From the IMG/VR virus record IMGVR_UViG_3300044940_000144, positions 11,958 to 75,957 of that record: DNA of 64,000 nt. One strand, written 5' to 3'. Made by a program: the position numbers and the translations under genes. The stretch is from a virus. The notes below the pieces were generated by a model. It worked only from the letters and a program-made list of their open reading frames with translations, had not been told where the DNA came from and made no database searches. The stretch's first letter is position 1, and each line of letters begins with the position of its first letter. This document shows, piece by piece, positions 53,485 to 63,181 of the stretch.

Positions 53485-54939
53485 TCAGCTCGATGGGCCT
53501 GCTTTCAGCCTTGGGAGCTCCTTATTACTCGTGAGGTCGACTTTGGCAAGACCACTGCCCAGGACGACCACCTCGTCCTCGTGGAGACACCCCTGGCCGG
53601 AAAACGGCCATGAGAAGATCCGCTCACGCGGAACACGGGCAGTGGCAACGTACGAAGAGTAGCCCTTAGGGGCGGATCTACTGAGCGCGAAAAAAATCGC
53701 GCTCTCCGGTTTCCACGCCCACGACGTCAGAGGATTCAGTTCGACATGACGCTCGTTTTTCTTGGATGTCGGGGCATGCATCCCCCGGTACACCACGAAC
53801 GAATCGCCTTCAGGAAGCTGTTCCTGGGTGCGGCGGTAGATGATCCGCAGCATGTCCTGAAGAACGCGATTACGTGGCCCGTAGGTCTTTTCGTCGGATA
53901 GGCGCTCCCAAGTCTCAGGGGCGGCATTCGCAACTTCTGCGGAATAGCGTTTGGGGTGCCGCTTCCGTAGCTCAGGCAACCCGAAGGTACGCCGCACTCC
54001 CTCCTGGACCCACCAGGCATCCCACGATCTGCTTGACGATGTGCTCGCCCATTCGCCCACGACCCAGTCGGACACAAGACGTGCCAACCCCTCAGGTTCG
54101 CTGAGCTTTTTGTGAACCAACCGAACAGCCATACCAGCCGCCGTCCGCCTGAAGTCGTTCAACGCTTCTCTGGATTCTTTGATCGCATCATTAGTCGATT
54201 CACGGCGAAGGCGAGCCGAGCGGCGCACAGTTTTCACGTACGTCGATTGCGCGTTTTCGAACTCGTAGCCGAACACATTCTCAGCGAGATCGGCCTTATC
54301 GAGGATGTCGGACCAAGTAGGCGCTTCTCCACGGGGTGCAATGGCTTTCCATGCGTCAGCCAGGCGCTTCGCCTTTGCTTCGAGCACTGCCATTTCGCCG
54401 GGTTCCAGCTCTTTTAGCCACCCCGGTCTTTTGCTGTTGTCGTCCTTCGGGAACAGGTCCTCGTTGCGCGAGAGAAAATCAATCAGCAAAAAGCGCGTTT
54501 TTTCCTTATCGGAACCCCAGAACCCATTCATCTCGATCGACCCGTAGTGAAGATATTTGGGGTCAACCATGACCGGATTCGTCGATAAGCGGCCCACCCA
54601 ATCGGCCATCTCACGCAAGCTCTCGGTGTTCTGCAGCTCTTCGGCGATGCCTTCAACCGTTTTGTGCTTGACGGCTGCTCCGACGGATAGTTCCTCGTCC
54701 CCTGACATCGCTGGCTTTAGTTTGGATGCCTTTCTCGCAAGCGGAGAAGATGGGCTACCGGTCGAGCGGTCGTAGTCCTCCCGCGGCTGCGCAGGAGTGA
54801 TCTCCCCGAAGCGAAAGACGTCACCGACCACGGCGCCCACCTTGCGCCAGCGGCCGCCGAAGGGGGTCCCTTTCGGCCAGCGGGGCTGATCGGGATCGAA
54901 CTCGATAAGACGCTGCTGGCTACGCAGACGCCAGGTCAT
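53485..54939 (-). CDS. ADP-ribosyltransferase-like effector, paralog of 52029-53471
   Basis: VYRG, LTSWA, EDEVVV; long identical blocks with its neighbour. Confidence 0.7.
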   Translation of the reverse strand: MTWRLRSQQRLIEFDPDQPRWPKGTPFGGRWRKVGAVVGDVFRFGEITPAQPREDYDRSTGSPSSPLARKASKLKPAMSGDEELSVGAAVKHKTVEGIAEELQNTESLREMADWVGRLSTNPVMVDPKYLHYGSIEMNGFWGSDKEKTRFLLIDFLSRNEDLFPKDDNSKRPGWLKELEPGEMAVLEAKAKRLADAWKAIAPRGEAPTWSDILDKADLAENVFGYEFENAQSTYVKTVRRSARLRRESTNDAIKESREALNDFRRTAAGMAVRLVHKKLSEPEGLARLVSDWVVGEWASTSSSRSWDAWWVQEGVRRTFGLPELRKRHPKRYSAEVANAAPETWERLSDEKTYGPRNRVLQDMLRIIYRRTQEQLPEGDSFVVYRGMHAPTSKKNERHVELNPLTSWAWKPESAIFFALSRSAPKGYSSYVATARVPRERIFSWPFSGQGCLHEDEVVVLGSGLAKVDLTSNKELPRLKAGPSS

Positions 54940-55466
54940 TCAAGCCCCTCCTCGATACCCCACATATGCACCGGTGGCTCGGACTCGTGGGCGATGCCGA
55001 AATACACCGGGTAGGTGCCCCTGGCCTCAGCAAGGGAGGTGTCCTTGGCCTGTTCGGTCGCCAGAAGCCACAGAAGATCGTCAAGCTCGGCCCAGGGGTT
55101 GAACCGATACGGGCGCATGCCGCCCTGACGGCCCTGCGCGGACATGTCGCGGCGTGACTCGGAGTACCCGGGAACACTGAACGACGAGATCGGCGAGAAC
55201 TGCGCGATCAGGTCCGAGAAGCTCCCGTTGTTGATCTGCGCCTGCTGGATCGTGCGCAGCTTGACGGCCCGCGAGGCGATCGGGACCAGATCAGCGTCGG
55301 TCAGGGTGTCAAGATCGCGGCCGGTGACCTGCTCGACGTAGGCCCACGCAAGCCCGATCTCCTCGTTGAGGATCGCGTCCCCGGTGGCATTGGCCGGGAT
55401 GTTGAACAGTCCCGCCCAGTCGATGCGGACATCTGCGCGGTAGTCGCTGGCCGTGGGCTTTTGCAC
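54936..55466 (-). CDS. head-tail adaptor
   Basis: A..YVEQVTGR, SFSV.GYSES. Confidence 0.7.
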   Translation of the reverse strand: MQKPTASDYRADVRIDWAGLFNIPANATGDAILNEEIGLAWAYVEQVTGRDLDTLTDADLVPIASRAVKLRTIQQAQINNGSFSDLIAQFSPISSFSVPGYSESRRDMSAQGRQGGMRPYRFNPWAELDDLLWLLATEQAKDTSLAEARGTYPVYFGIAHESEPPVHMWGIEEGLE

Positions 55467-58400
55467 TCACGCCTCCACTTCCCAGTTGAGCACGACGTTC
55501 CCGCTGCCCGCAGGCGGCGCCGTGTGGTACGTGACCGTGATCTGCGTCTGGTCAGCAACAGCGTAAAAGTCCGATGAGGCGCCCGCACTACCGGCCGAGA
55601 CAGAAACGCGACGGGGAGCGACCCCGAGTGAGTGGGCGATCACGAACACGGTCTGAGTGCCTGTGCCGCTGAACTCCGCACGGCCGGACTGGCGGGCGGT
55701 AGCCGGGTAGCGTCGCGGCCATCCGCCGACCGCGCCGAGCGGTTGCAGCTGCGGCGGAGAGATCGTCACCGACACCTGCGGGCCGGTCGTGTTGACGTTC
55801 CCGGCCAGATCCTCGGTGAAGGCCTTGATGTAGTACGTCGCAGGCGCCAGCCCCGACTCGACCACGGTATTGGCGCCTAACCCGCCCGGGAAGATCTGCC
55901 CGATCACGACCCCTTGCGTGTAGCTTTGCCCCTGCGTCCAGGAAGAGGTCTTGCGCGCGATCGTCGTCTTGATCCGGTCGGTGTCCTCGATGAGGGTGAC
56001 CGTCACCGTGAGTACCTGGCCATCGACCTGCGCGTCGATGCCTGTCGGCGCATAAGGCGGGGTCACATCAGCCGGGACATCAGGGACGTTGATCGACATC
56101 ACGTTCGAGTCGCGGTTGATGTTCCCGGCCGCGTCTTCGGTGAAGATCTTGTAGTACCAGGTGCCCGCCGGGACGTTGGCCTGCTGGTGGATGGCGTTCC
56201 CGGCCGCCCCCGGCGTCAGCGTCGCGACGACCGTACCGTTGACATAGGTGTCGGTGTACAGCCATGCCGACGCCTTGCGGGCGATCGTCGTTTTTGCGCG
56301 ATCAGCATCAACAGGCAGGCGGTAGGCGACCGTCACCGTGCGCCCGACGTTGGTCAGCTCCGAGATGCTCCCCGGCATCGGCGGAGTGACATCGACATTG
56401 GAGTAGACCCACGTGTTCGGGACGTGGTTGATGAGCTCTTCGGTCACGACGCCGGGGATCGACGCCTGATCGTACGACCCATAACCGGGCCCGCCGCCGT
56501 TGAGAAAGCCCAGGTTGTGCGGCGCCGTGGTCGCGCCGACATTGACGTAGTCGTCGATCTGCGCCGTCGATGGGTTGGTGTAGTCGAAACCGACGAAACG
56601 GGGTCTGATGGCCACGCGCCCCGACTGCGTCTCGGCCCACCGATAGCCCGATGGCGCAAGCGCCGTCGGTGTTGTGACAGGCAGCTTGTCGATCTGGGCC
56701 CTGACCAGTTGTGTCCCTCCGGAGCGCGATGGCATCTCCTCCCACATGCGCCCGTTCAGGTCCGGGTGGCCACCCTTGAGCATGGAGGGACGATTGTTCT
56801 CATCGACGACCGCGATGGTCGAGATGTCCTTCGGCCAGACGATCTGACGCCGCAGGTGCCAGTCGCCGTTGGCCACCAGCAGCACGTCGGGCCCCAGGGC
56901 CGTGCGCAGTTTGCGCACCAGCTCATGGCACCCTTCCGTCCACAGATCCGCATAGGTGCTCGACCAGTTGCTCGGTGAGACCGGCAGGTCGTTGCCGGTC
57001 TGGTGCAACAGCAGGCCATTGAAGATGGTCGTGCCCGAATGCAGTGACCTGTTCGCGAAAAAGTCGGCCGCCCACGCGACGAAGTGATCGATCCAGGCCG
57101 AGCCGGGCCGCATGTTCGTCATCCAGTTGACGCCGTCGATGGTGAAGTCCTGAGGGTTCATCCCGGTCTGCCATGACCAGAACCACTCCGGGTGAAGGTT
57201 GAACACCGCCGCCTGGTTGGTGCCGCCGTAAATCCGGGCATCCTCGGAAGACCCAGCGCTCAGCGCCGCATGCATCTGGGTCGGGCAGACCCAGTAAAGC
57301 GTCTCGCAACCGGCCGCACGGGCCGCCGTCAGCCAGCCGCGGTAGCCGCTGTCATCCGGTGCGACCGGGTCGGCGATCCACAATGCCCCCGTCGTGCGAA
57401 AGCCGTCCAGTCGCCCCGCGCACGCCGGGTCGGTCGGCATCTTGCCGCCAAGCAGGATGCCCGCACGACGCGCGTTATAGGTCGGGATCACCGGCACGGT
57501 GATCGTGACCGTCGTAGAGCGCGTCTGCGTCCCTTGAGAGCCCTGATAGGTGGCGATCACCTGGGCCGAGGTCTGGGTGGTCAGGCCACTGGGGGCCGTG
57601 TACAGGCCACCCGAGGTGATCGACCCGTACCCCGGGGACGGGTTGATCGACCACGTCACCGGCAGGTTGGCTGTGAACTGGATCGTGCCACCGGACTCGA
57701 CCGATGCGGTCGGGTATGGGGAGATCGACAGCGTCGCGTCGTTGATCGTGACGGTCGTCGTCTTGGTCTGGACGCCCTGGGAGCCGCTATAGGTACCCGT
57801 GACCTGGACGTTGTTGGGACTGGGCACGGTCTGCGGGGCCGTATACAGCCCGCTTGATGTGATCGTCCCCCGGCCGGTGGACGGGTTCAGCGACCACGTC
57901 GCCGACGGGGATGCCGTGAACTGGATGGTGTTACCCGCCTGGACCGATGCGGTCGGGTACGGGGAGATGGCGAGCACCGGGTCCCCGCCACCGAAGGGCC
58001 CGGGGTCGGAGTCCCAGAGCTTGTACCCCCAGATGTTGACGCCCATGAACCCGTTGATCCCGGCGTAGCGGTAGATGCCGAGCTTCGGGTACGGGACCTG
58101 CACCGCATAGGTGGTGCGCAGGCGGACATCGAGCACCTGCACGTTGTTCCTGATGGCGATGATCCGGCCGACGGATGGGTTGGTCGACCAGACGATGCCC
58201 ATGCGCCACTCGACCTCGGTCCCGGCGTTGAGCGGCCACGTGCCGAGATAGTTCGTATCCTTCTGGCCGCCGTTGCAGTTCAGGCGCCGGAGATTCTGGT
58301 AGATCTCCCACATCAGATACGCCTGCGGGGCGCCGTCGTTGGCGCCGTGGAACTGCAGGCACACGCACCAGCGGTCATAGCTGACCCACGGGAAGTTCGC

Positions 58401-58655
58401 GTCGAACCTCTCCACCCATCGCCACCACTGCAGCGTCTCGTAGTTGCCCTTGGGGCTCGCCTGGAGTTCTGCGCGCTCAGACGGCATAGCCGCCGGGACT
58501 CCGGCATTGCCGTCGGCGTCGGACAACGTGACACGGATCCCGTATTCGTTCGGGGCCAGCGACGATGTCCCCTTGGCCAGCTCGGTGATGTTCTGGCCAT
58601 TGGCGTTGACCAGCCACGCGCTGCGGCGGCTCATGTCGGCGATCAGGTTCGCCAC
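55467..58655 (-). CDS. multidomain glycan-active virion protein (lyase-like, 2 Ig-like, GH-like barrel, 2 Fn3-like)
   Basis: ERAEL..QFH..Y.KLGIYR; two G.I...GLYTAP repeats; two repeats ending Y.K.FTED.AGN. Confidence 0.7.
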   Translation of the reverse strand: MANLIADMSRRSAWLVNANGQNITELAKGTSSLAPNEYGIRVTLSDADGNAGVPAAMPSERAELQASPKGNYETLQWWRWVERFDANFPWVSYDRWCVCLQFHGANDGAPQAYLMWEIYQNLRRLNCNGGQKDTNYLGTWPLNAGTEVEWRMGIVWSTNPSVGRIIAIRNNVQVLDVRLRTTYAVQVPYPKLGIYRYAGINGFMGVNIWGYKLWDSDPGPFGGGDPVLAISPYPTASVQAGNTIQFTASPSATWSLNPSTGRGTITSSGLYTAPQTVPSPNNVQVTGTYSGSQGVQTKTTTVTINDATLSISPYPTASVESGGTIQFTANLPVTWSINPSPGYGSITSGGLYTAPSGLTTQTSAQVIATYQGSQGTQTRSTTVTITVPVIPTYNARRAGILLGGKMPTDPACAGRLDGFRTTGALWIADPVAPDDSGYRGWLTAARAAGCETLYWVCPTQMHAALSAGSSEDARIYGGTNQAAVFNLHPEWFWSWQTGMNPQDFTIDGVNWMTNMRPGSAWIDHFVAWAADFFANRSLHSGTTIFNGLLLHQTGNDLPVSPSNWSSTYADLWTEGCHELVRKLRTALGPDVLLVANGDWHLRRQIVWPKDISTIAVVDENNRPSMLKGGHPDLNGRMWEEMPSRSGGTQLVRAQIDKLPVTTPTALAPSGYRWAETQSGRVAIRPRFVGFDYTNPSTAQIDDYVNVGATTAPHNLGFLNGGGPGYGSYDQASIPGVVTEELINHVPNTWVYSNVDVTPPMPGSISELTNVGRTVTVAYRLPVDADRAKTTIARKASAWLYTDTYVNGTVVATLTPGAAGNAIHQQANVPAGTWYYKIFTEDAAGNINRDSNVMSINVPDVPADVTPPYAPTGIDAQVDGQVLTVTVTLIEDTDRIKTTIARKTSSWTQGQSYTQGVVIGQIFPGGLGANTVVESGLAPATYYIKAFTEDLAGNVNTTGPQVSVTISPPQLQPLGAVGGWPRRYPATARQSGRAEFSGTGTQTVFVIAHSLGVAPRRVSVSAGSAGASSDFYAVADQTQITVTYHTAPPAGSGNVVLNWEVEA

Positions 58656-58742
58656 CTTAGGACTCCATCGCGAACACCTTAGGACTCCATCGCGAACACC
58701 TTAGGACTTCATCGCGAACACCTAGTCCTCCATCGCGAACAC
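58653..58742. repeat. 22-nt tandem repeat x3 duplicating the end of the upstream gene
   Basis: CACCTTAGGACTCCATCGCGAA at 58653, 58675 and 58697 (one mismatch). Confidence 0.92.
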
Positions 58743-59153
58743 GACCGCCGTGAGACCCGTCACGAGCGTGGAGGTCACCAGGTTCACGCGCACATAAAGC
58801 ACCCAGTCCTCGGGGGCCAGCCAGAAGATCTGCGAACCTCCGGGGCTCAAGACGATGTCATCAGTCGTATAGCCACCCAGACCGGGCGACCCGTAGGCCA
58901 TGGTCACCCATCCGAGATCGGGGTCCATCGAGCCCTCGATGCGCGCCGTGCCCGCCCCGCCGGGGCCGGTTGCGAACTGCACCGCCCGGCGGGGTACGCC
59001 GAGAACACTCGTCGCCCGCGTGACGCCGACGATCGTGTGGTTGGTGCACAGCACCGCGACGTTGACGTAGCGGGCAGGCGATGGGGCCGAGCTGGCCGCC
59101 CGCCCAGTGGCGGTGATCGCCGTCCTGGTCAGTACGGCCAGCGGGTCGGCCAT
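58722..59153 (-). CDS. virion-associated hypothetical protein
   Basis: IEGS.D...W...YVRV pattern. Confidence 0.65.
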   Translation of the reverse strand: MADPLAVLTRTAITATGRAASSAPSPARYVNVAVLCTNHTIVGVTRATSVLGVPRRAVQFATGPGGAGTARIEGSMDPDLGWVTMAYGSPGLGGYTTDDIVLSPGGSQIFWLAPEDWVLYVRVNLVTSTLVTGLTAVVFAMED

Positions 59154-59159
59154 GGGGCG

Positions 59160-59618
59160 CTACTCGTCCTCGGGGAGCTCGACCGCCACCTTGGTGGCGG
59201 CCGTGGTGGACACGATCAGCACCCGCTTGCTGGTGATCGGCTTGCCATCGACGTTCAAAGGGGCGCGCACCACGAAGCTCATCAGCTCGTCGTAGGGGAC
59301 ACCGGTCAGCTCGCTGGCGCGGGCGCCGTTCATCTTCTGCGTTGACTCGACGTCGATGGGGTGGACACCGGCCGTGCGATACAGCGGCAGCGGAGCCGCG
59401 GACGGCGGCACCGGGTCCACCTTCTGGCGCAGCTTGTCGAGCTCCTGCGCCTGGGCGGCGAGCATGGCCTTCAGCTCGGCGACCTCGTCGCTTGCGGCTC
59501 CAGGCTCTGCAGGGTCAGGCGCGGCCTTGGGCGGGCGGCCACGGCGCTTGGGTGCTTCGATCGGCTGGCCCTCGTCGTCGTGGGTGTCTTCGACGACCTG
59601 CGAGTCCTCGACGCTCAT
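59160..59618 (-). CDS. hypothetical protein with KRRGRPPK motif
   Basis: AAGGAG RBS; follows the capsid gene. Confidence 0.75.
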   Translation of the reverse strand: MSVEDSQVVEDTHDDEGQPIEAPKRRGRPPKAAPDPAEPGAASDEVAELKAMLAAQAQELDKLRQKVDPVPPSAAPLPLYRTAGVHPIDVESTQKMNGARASELTGVPYDELMSFVVRAPLNVDGKPITSKRVLIVSTTAATKVAVELPEDE

Positions 59619-59634
59619 GGTGCTCCTTTTGGTC

Positions 59635-59668
59635 AACGAAAACGGGGGGCCACCGTAGCGACCCCCCG
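59635..59668 (-). terminator. intrinsic terminator after the major capsid gene
   Basis: CGGGGGGTCGC-TACG-GTGGCCCCCCG followed by TTTTCGTT. Confidence 0.75.
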
Positions 59669-59703
59669 ACCCGGCCAACAGTCTGACAGCGTTCCCAGAC
59701 GGA

Positions 59704-60723
59704 TCAGGCCACGTTGGCGAACACCGCCCCGCGCCAGTCGATCATCGCCAGGCCCCACTCGTGGCGGACCTTGTAGGAGATCTCGTCGAACTCCATCGAG
59801 TACGGGTCGCTGCCGCCCAGAACCAGCCGCATGCCCGGGTCACGGAGCATGATCTGCGGGTTGCGCTGCCCGTTCAGAAAGCCGACGGCGAGCACCGGGG
59901 CCTCGTTGGGGTCGGCGAACACGTACCAGTTGTTGGCGTCCGAGAAGTACCGCTCGACCGCATAGGGGGCGTACCCCTGCACGGGGTTCAGGTTGCCCTG
60001 GCCATAGGCCGGGGTACCACCGGAACCGGGCTGATGAATCTCAGTCGAGTTCAGCACCCGGCGCGCGGTGATCTCCAGACCAGGCGGGATCACGATCTGC
60101 TGACCGGTCAGCGTGATCGGGTTGCCGTTGTCGTCAGTCTGGGAGTTGAACTTCAGCGCCGCCGTTCCCAGGCCTGCCTCAGACAGCGGGTCCGTAATCA
60201 GGTTCCCGTGGTTGTTGTGGAACGTGGCGATGCCATCGTAGGCGTTCGGGTTCGACTCCAGCTTCGCCACGATGGCCCGCGCCAGCGTACGCGCCGCCGA
60301 GCGGCCCATGCGGCCGGGGACGTCACGCAGAAGGCCCAGGTCATCGTTGATGAGGGCCTTGCGAGAGATCGAGAACGTACGACCGAAGGTCTCGACCGTC
60401 AGGCTGGCGCCGGTGCGCTCTGCGATCTTCGAGTCGTAGTAGGTCGACCCTTCCTCGAACTTGATGAGGTCCTCGCCCTCGGTGATGCCGACGAAGCTCT
60501 GGGGCTTGAAGTCCGGCACCGAGTAGATGCTGGTGTAGCGATCCCACACCGACGGCGTCTCGCGGTAGACACGCATGAGGCGCTTGCCGAGGGTGTTCGA
60601 CGCATAGGTGGCGAAATCGGTCGAGACGTTCGCCTCACGAAGCTCGGCCGCCTCGTCCGAGTCCCGCCACGCCAGGTACGCCTCAAAGAAGCGAACCTGC
60701 CGGGGCCAGATCGAAGAAGACAT
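59704..60723 (-). CDS. major capsid protein (Mu gpT-like)
   Basis: STDF, V.DFK, TFGR.FSISR.ALINDDLG, FH..HGNL, GFLNG..P, YKVR. Confidence 0.92.
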   Translation of the reverse strand: MSSSIWPRQVRFFEAYLAWRDSDEAAELREANVSTDFATYASNTLGKRLMRVYRETPSVWDRYTSIYSVPDFKPQSFVGITEGEDLIKFEEGSTYYDSKIAERTGASLTVETFGRTFSISRKALINDDLGLLRDVPGRMGRSAARTLARAIVAKLESNPNAYDGIATFHNNHGNLITDPLSEAGLGTAALKFNSQTDDNGNPITLTGQQIVIPPGLEITARRVLNSTEIHQPGSGGTPAYGQGNLNPVQGYAPYAVERYFSDANNWYVFADPNEAPVLAVGFLNGQRNPQIMLRDPGMRLVLGGSDPYSMEFDEISYKVRHEWGLAMIDWRGAVFANVA

Positions 60724-60750
60724 TTGTCGTGGTCCTCCGTTCGTGAAGGC

Positions 60751-61149
60751 TTACGCCGTACCAGTGTTGTCAGCCCACAGCCGGACCCACATCTTCCCCG
60801 ATGCGGGGTACTTGCCGTGGGTCCCGGTGTTGTTGGCGCCCGGCACCGCGGTCACCTGGCCGAGGATGCGGTGCCCGGATGAGGCGCTAGCCCCGAGGGC
60901 GTAGGCCTTGCGCGCCAGCGTGTTGTCGGACGCCTTGATCTCGACCAGGTCGCCGACGACGCAGCCGGAGATGAAGTTGATCTCGAACTCACCCTGCGTC
61001 TGAAGGTAGACGGTGCCACCCGAAGGCCCGGTCGCGTTCCCGGCGATACCGACAATGCCGTTTCTCACAATGGGAGTCCCGGCTTCGACGGCCCCGGTGA
61101 CGGTGACCGGGACGACCGAGCCGTCGGACTTGTAGTTGTTCGAAGGCAT
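60751..61149 (-). CDS. capsid decoration/cement protein (DUF2190-like)
   Basis: NY...G..V, V..G.P, G.F; between protease and capsid genes. Confidence 0.75.
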   Translation of the reverse strand: MPSNNYKSDGSVVPVTVTGAVEAGTPIVRNGIVGIAGNATGPSGGTVYLQTQGEFEINFISGCVVGDLVEIKASDNTLARKAYALGASASSGHRILGQVTAVPGANNTGTHGKYPASGKMWVRLWADNTGTA

Positions 61150-61167
61150 GTTCAGATCACCTCGCGG

Positions 61168-62448
61168 TTAGTCCTCGTTACCGAGGTCAAGCTCGGCCAT
61201 CAGCTCGCTGTGAGCGTTGGCCAGCTTGGACTCGGTCTTGCCAGCCGGGATGGACCGGCCCGCGCCCTTGATCCCGCGACCGGTCGCCTCGCGCAGCTCT
61301 GCGCGCTTGTCGGCGATCGCCGCCCTGACGGACTCCCGCAGCGTGCTCTCGGGGCCGTCGAACTGCTTGAAGGCCTCAAGCAGCTTGCGCTCGGAGATGC
61401 TCGGGAATCCGGCGGCGCGGATCATCTCACCGGCGATCTCGCGATTCGCCAGGATGCGCTCCTGCTTGATGCGCTCGGAGCGGAACTGCTCGCGCTGCTC
61501 CAGCAGGGCCTCGCGCAGGATGCTCTTGACCTGGTCGCGGCTGTAGTAGCCCTCGGTGACGGCGTGATCGTCATCATCGACGGGCTCGTCGTCATCGTCG
61601 GTCTCGTCGTCGTCGGTCTCGTCGTCGCTTTGATCGCCGGTGTACTCCTCCGGCGGCTCCGCGCTGGCGACGGGCTCGTGCTCGTCGTCTTCGTCATCGC
61701 CGCTTTCGTCGTCGATCTCGCCCTGAGCGGCGAGTTCCTCGGCGATGACCTTCTCCAGCTCCTCCAGATCGGCCTTGATCTGGGCGAGCTGCTCGGCCTC
61801 GATCCTCTCGACCAGAGCCGGGGCATTCTCACGAAGCTCGTCGAGGGTGACCTTCGACCAGTCGATAGGCATATCGCTAGCCTCCGCTGACTCGTTACGG
61901 AAGGCCGCCTCTACGAGTTCGAGGACACGTCCTCCAGCCCCCGCTTGTGCGACCCAGTCCAGGGAATGGCAGCGGGTGATGGCCTCGACCAAGCTGACCG
62001 GGGAACCGTCCTCGCCGTCGGCGAATCTGGTCTTACCGACGGCGTTGATCGACAACTCCAGCAGGTCGGGGTCGTGCTCAATCATCTCCCACAACCACGG
62101 GGCCGATACACTCACGCGGCCCTGAATCGCGCCGCGGCCGTGCTTGCCACCGTTCGGGTTCCACCACGCCTCCTTGATGCGCCCGGTCAGGTCGCGGATC
62201 GACCGCGGCAAACCCGAAAGGCGCTTTTCCATGTCAGGAGTCAGGTGATCCGCGAACATCCTGGCGCCCTCGAAGACCTTGGCCGACTTGGCCAGAACCT
62301 CCGCCGGGTACATGCGCCGGTCACGGGCGTTGCCCATACCGGCTTCGATGATGTCGACGATCACCTCGCGCGTAGCCTTGTCAGACCGGGCGACCCGGCC
62401 CGACTCGCACAACGAAACGATGGCGTCGGTGCGGCTATCGATACTCAT
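61168..62448 (-). CDS. prohead protease fused to scaffold
   Basis: R.YP.EVL, F.DH, LSI.A.G, SLD.V...GAGG; acidic and coiled-coil C-terminus. Confidence 0.82.
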   Translation of the reverse strand: MSIDSRTDAIVSLCESGRVARSDKATREVIVDIIEAGMGNARDRRMYPAEVLAKSAKVFEGARMFADHLTPDMEKRLSGLPRSIRDLTGRIKEAWWNPNGGKHGRGAIQGRVSVSAPWLWEMIEHDPDLLELSINAVGKTRFADGEDGSPVSLVEAITRCHSLDWVAQAGAGGRVLELVEAAFRNESAEASDMPIDWSKVTLDELRENAPALVERIEAEQLAQIKADLEELEKVIAEELAAQGEIDDESGDDEDDEHEPVASAEPPEEYTGDQSDDETDDDETDDDDEPVDDDDHAVTEGYYSRDQVKSILREALLEQREQFRSERIKQERILANREIAGEMIRAAGFPSISERKLLEAFKQFDGPESTLRESVRAAIADKRAELREATGRGIKGAGRSIPAGKTESKLANAHSELMAELDLGNED

Positions 62449-62783
62449 CGACAGACGTTATACAGCCTTGCTTTGCGTCAGGTAAGACGTACGCGAGGCT
62501 TTCCTTCGACGAATGGCGGCCCCGGACGCACGTCGCATGTCGGTCGCACCGACTGGAGAAGGCCCTGTTTGACGTGGTAGGGTCGCTTTCGCGTTGCAGC
62601 AATCTCTGCAACGTGTGGTCTCCAGGGGCGATGAGCGTCGCTTTTGTCCGGGATTTGCCGGACAGAGGTGGCGCTCTTCGTCGTGATGGACGCAAAAAGC
62701 GCCGGATACGCCCTTTTGCCAAACGAGGCGGGGCGCCCCATCCCTGAGGCGCCCCGACCGACCGACCGACCACGGTCATGCCT

Positions 62784-62885
62784 AGTGTAGCACGCCCGCC
62801 CGCGCTAGATACCGGCCGGGGTGTCCCCGCGGTGAGACACCCCGGCCCGCGTCGTGGCATATCCGAGTGTACCACGCCCGCCCGC
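62784..62885 (-). promoter_or_regulatory. two tandem promoter-like 20-mers GCGGGCGGGCGTG(G/C)TACACT
   Basis: Copies at 62784-62803 and 62866-62885; TG-n-TACACT extended -10. Confidence 0.65.
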
Positions 62886-62890
62886 TGACC

Positions 62891-63181
62891 TTAGGCACTG
62901 CTTTCGGCGGTATCGCGCTGCATCGCGTCCCTGATCGCGCCCAGGAACGCCGCCGCATCGGCCACCGGACGACCGGACCCGATAAACGACCGCACTACCG
63001 CCGCGTCGTACTCGGCCGACAGCGCGGACATCAGCAGCCCCTCCGACATGCTCTTGGCGTCGAACGGAGAGATCGTCCCCTCCTTGGAGCCCCATCGGAT
63101 CTTCACGAACGGGCGCCCGTCCGTGGTGACGCCCGATTCGGACGTGAAGGTGGAATCGTCGTCAGTCACGTCGCCCGTCAC
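62891..63181 (-). CDS. hypothetical protein
   Basis: GTGA overlap with the upstream stop; S.V...GRPFV.I.WG. Confidence 0.65.
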   Translation of the reverse strand: MTGDVTDDDSTFTSESGVTTDGRPFVKIRWGSKEGTISPFDAKSMSEGLLMSALSAEYDAAVVRSFIGSGRPVADAAAFLGAIRDAMQRDTAESSA

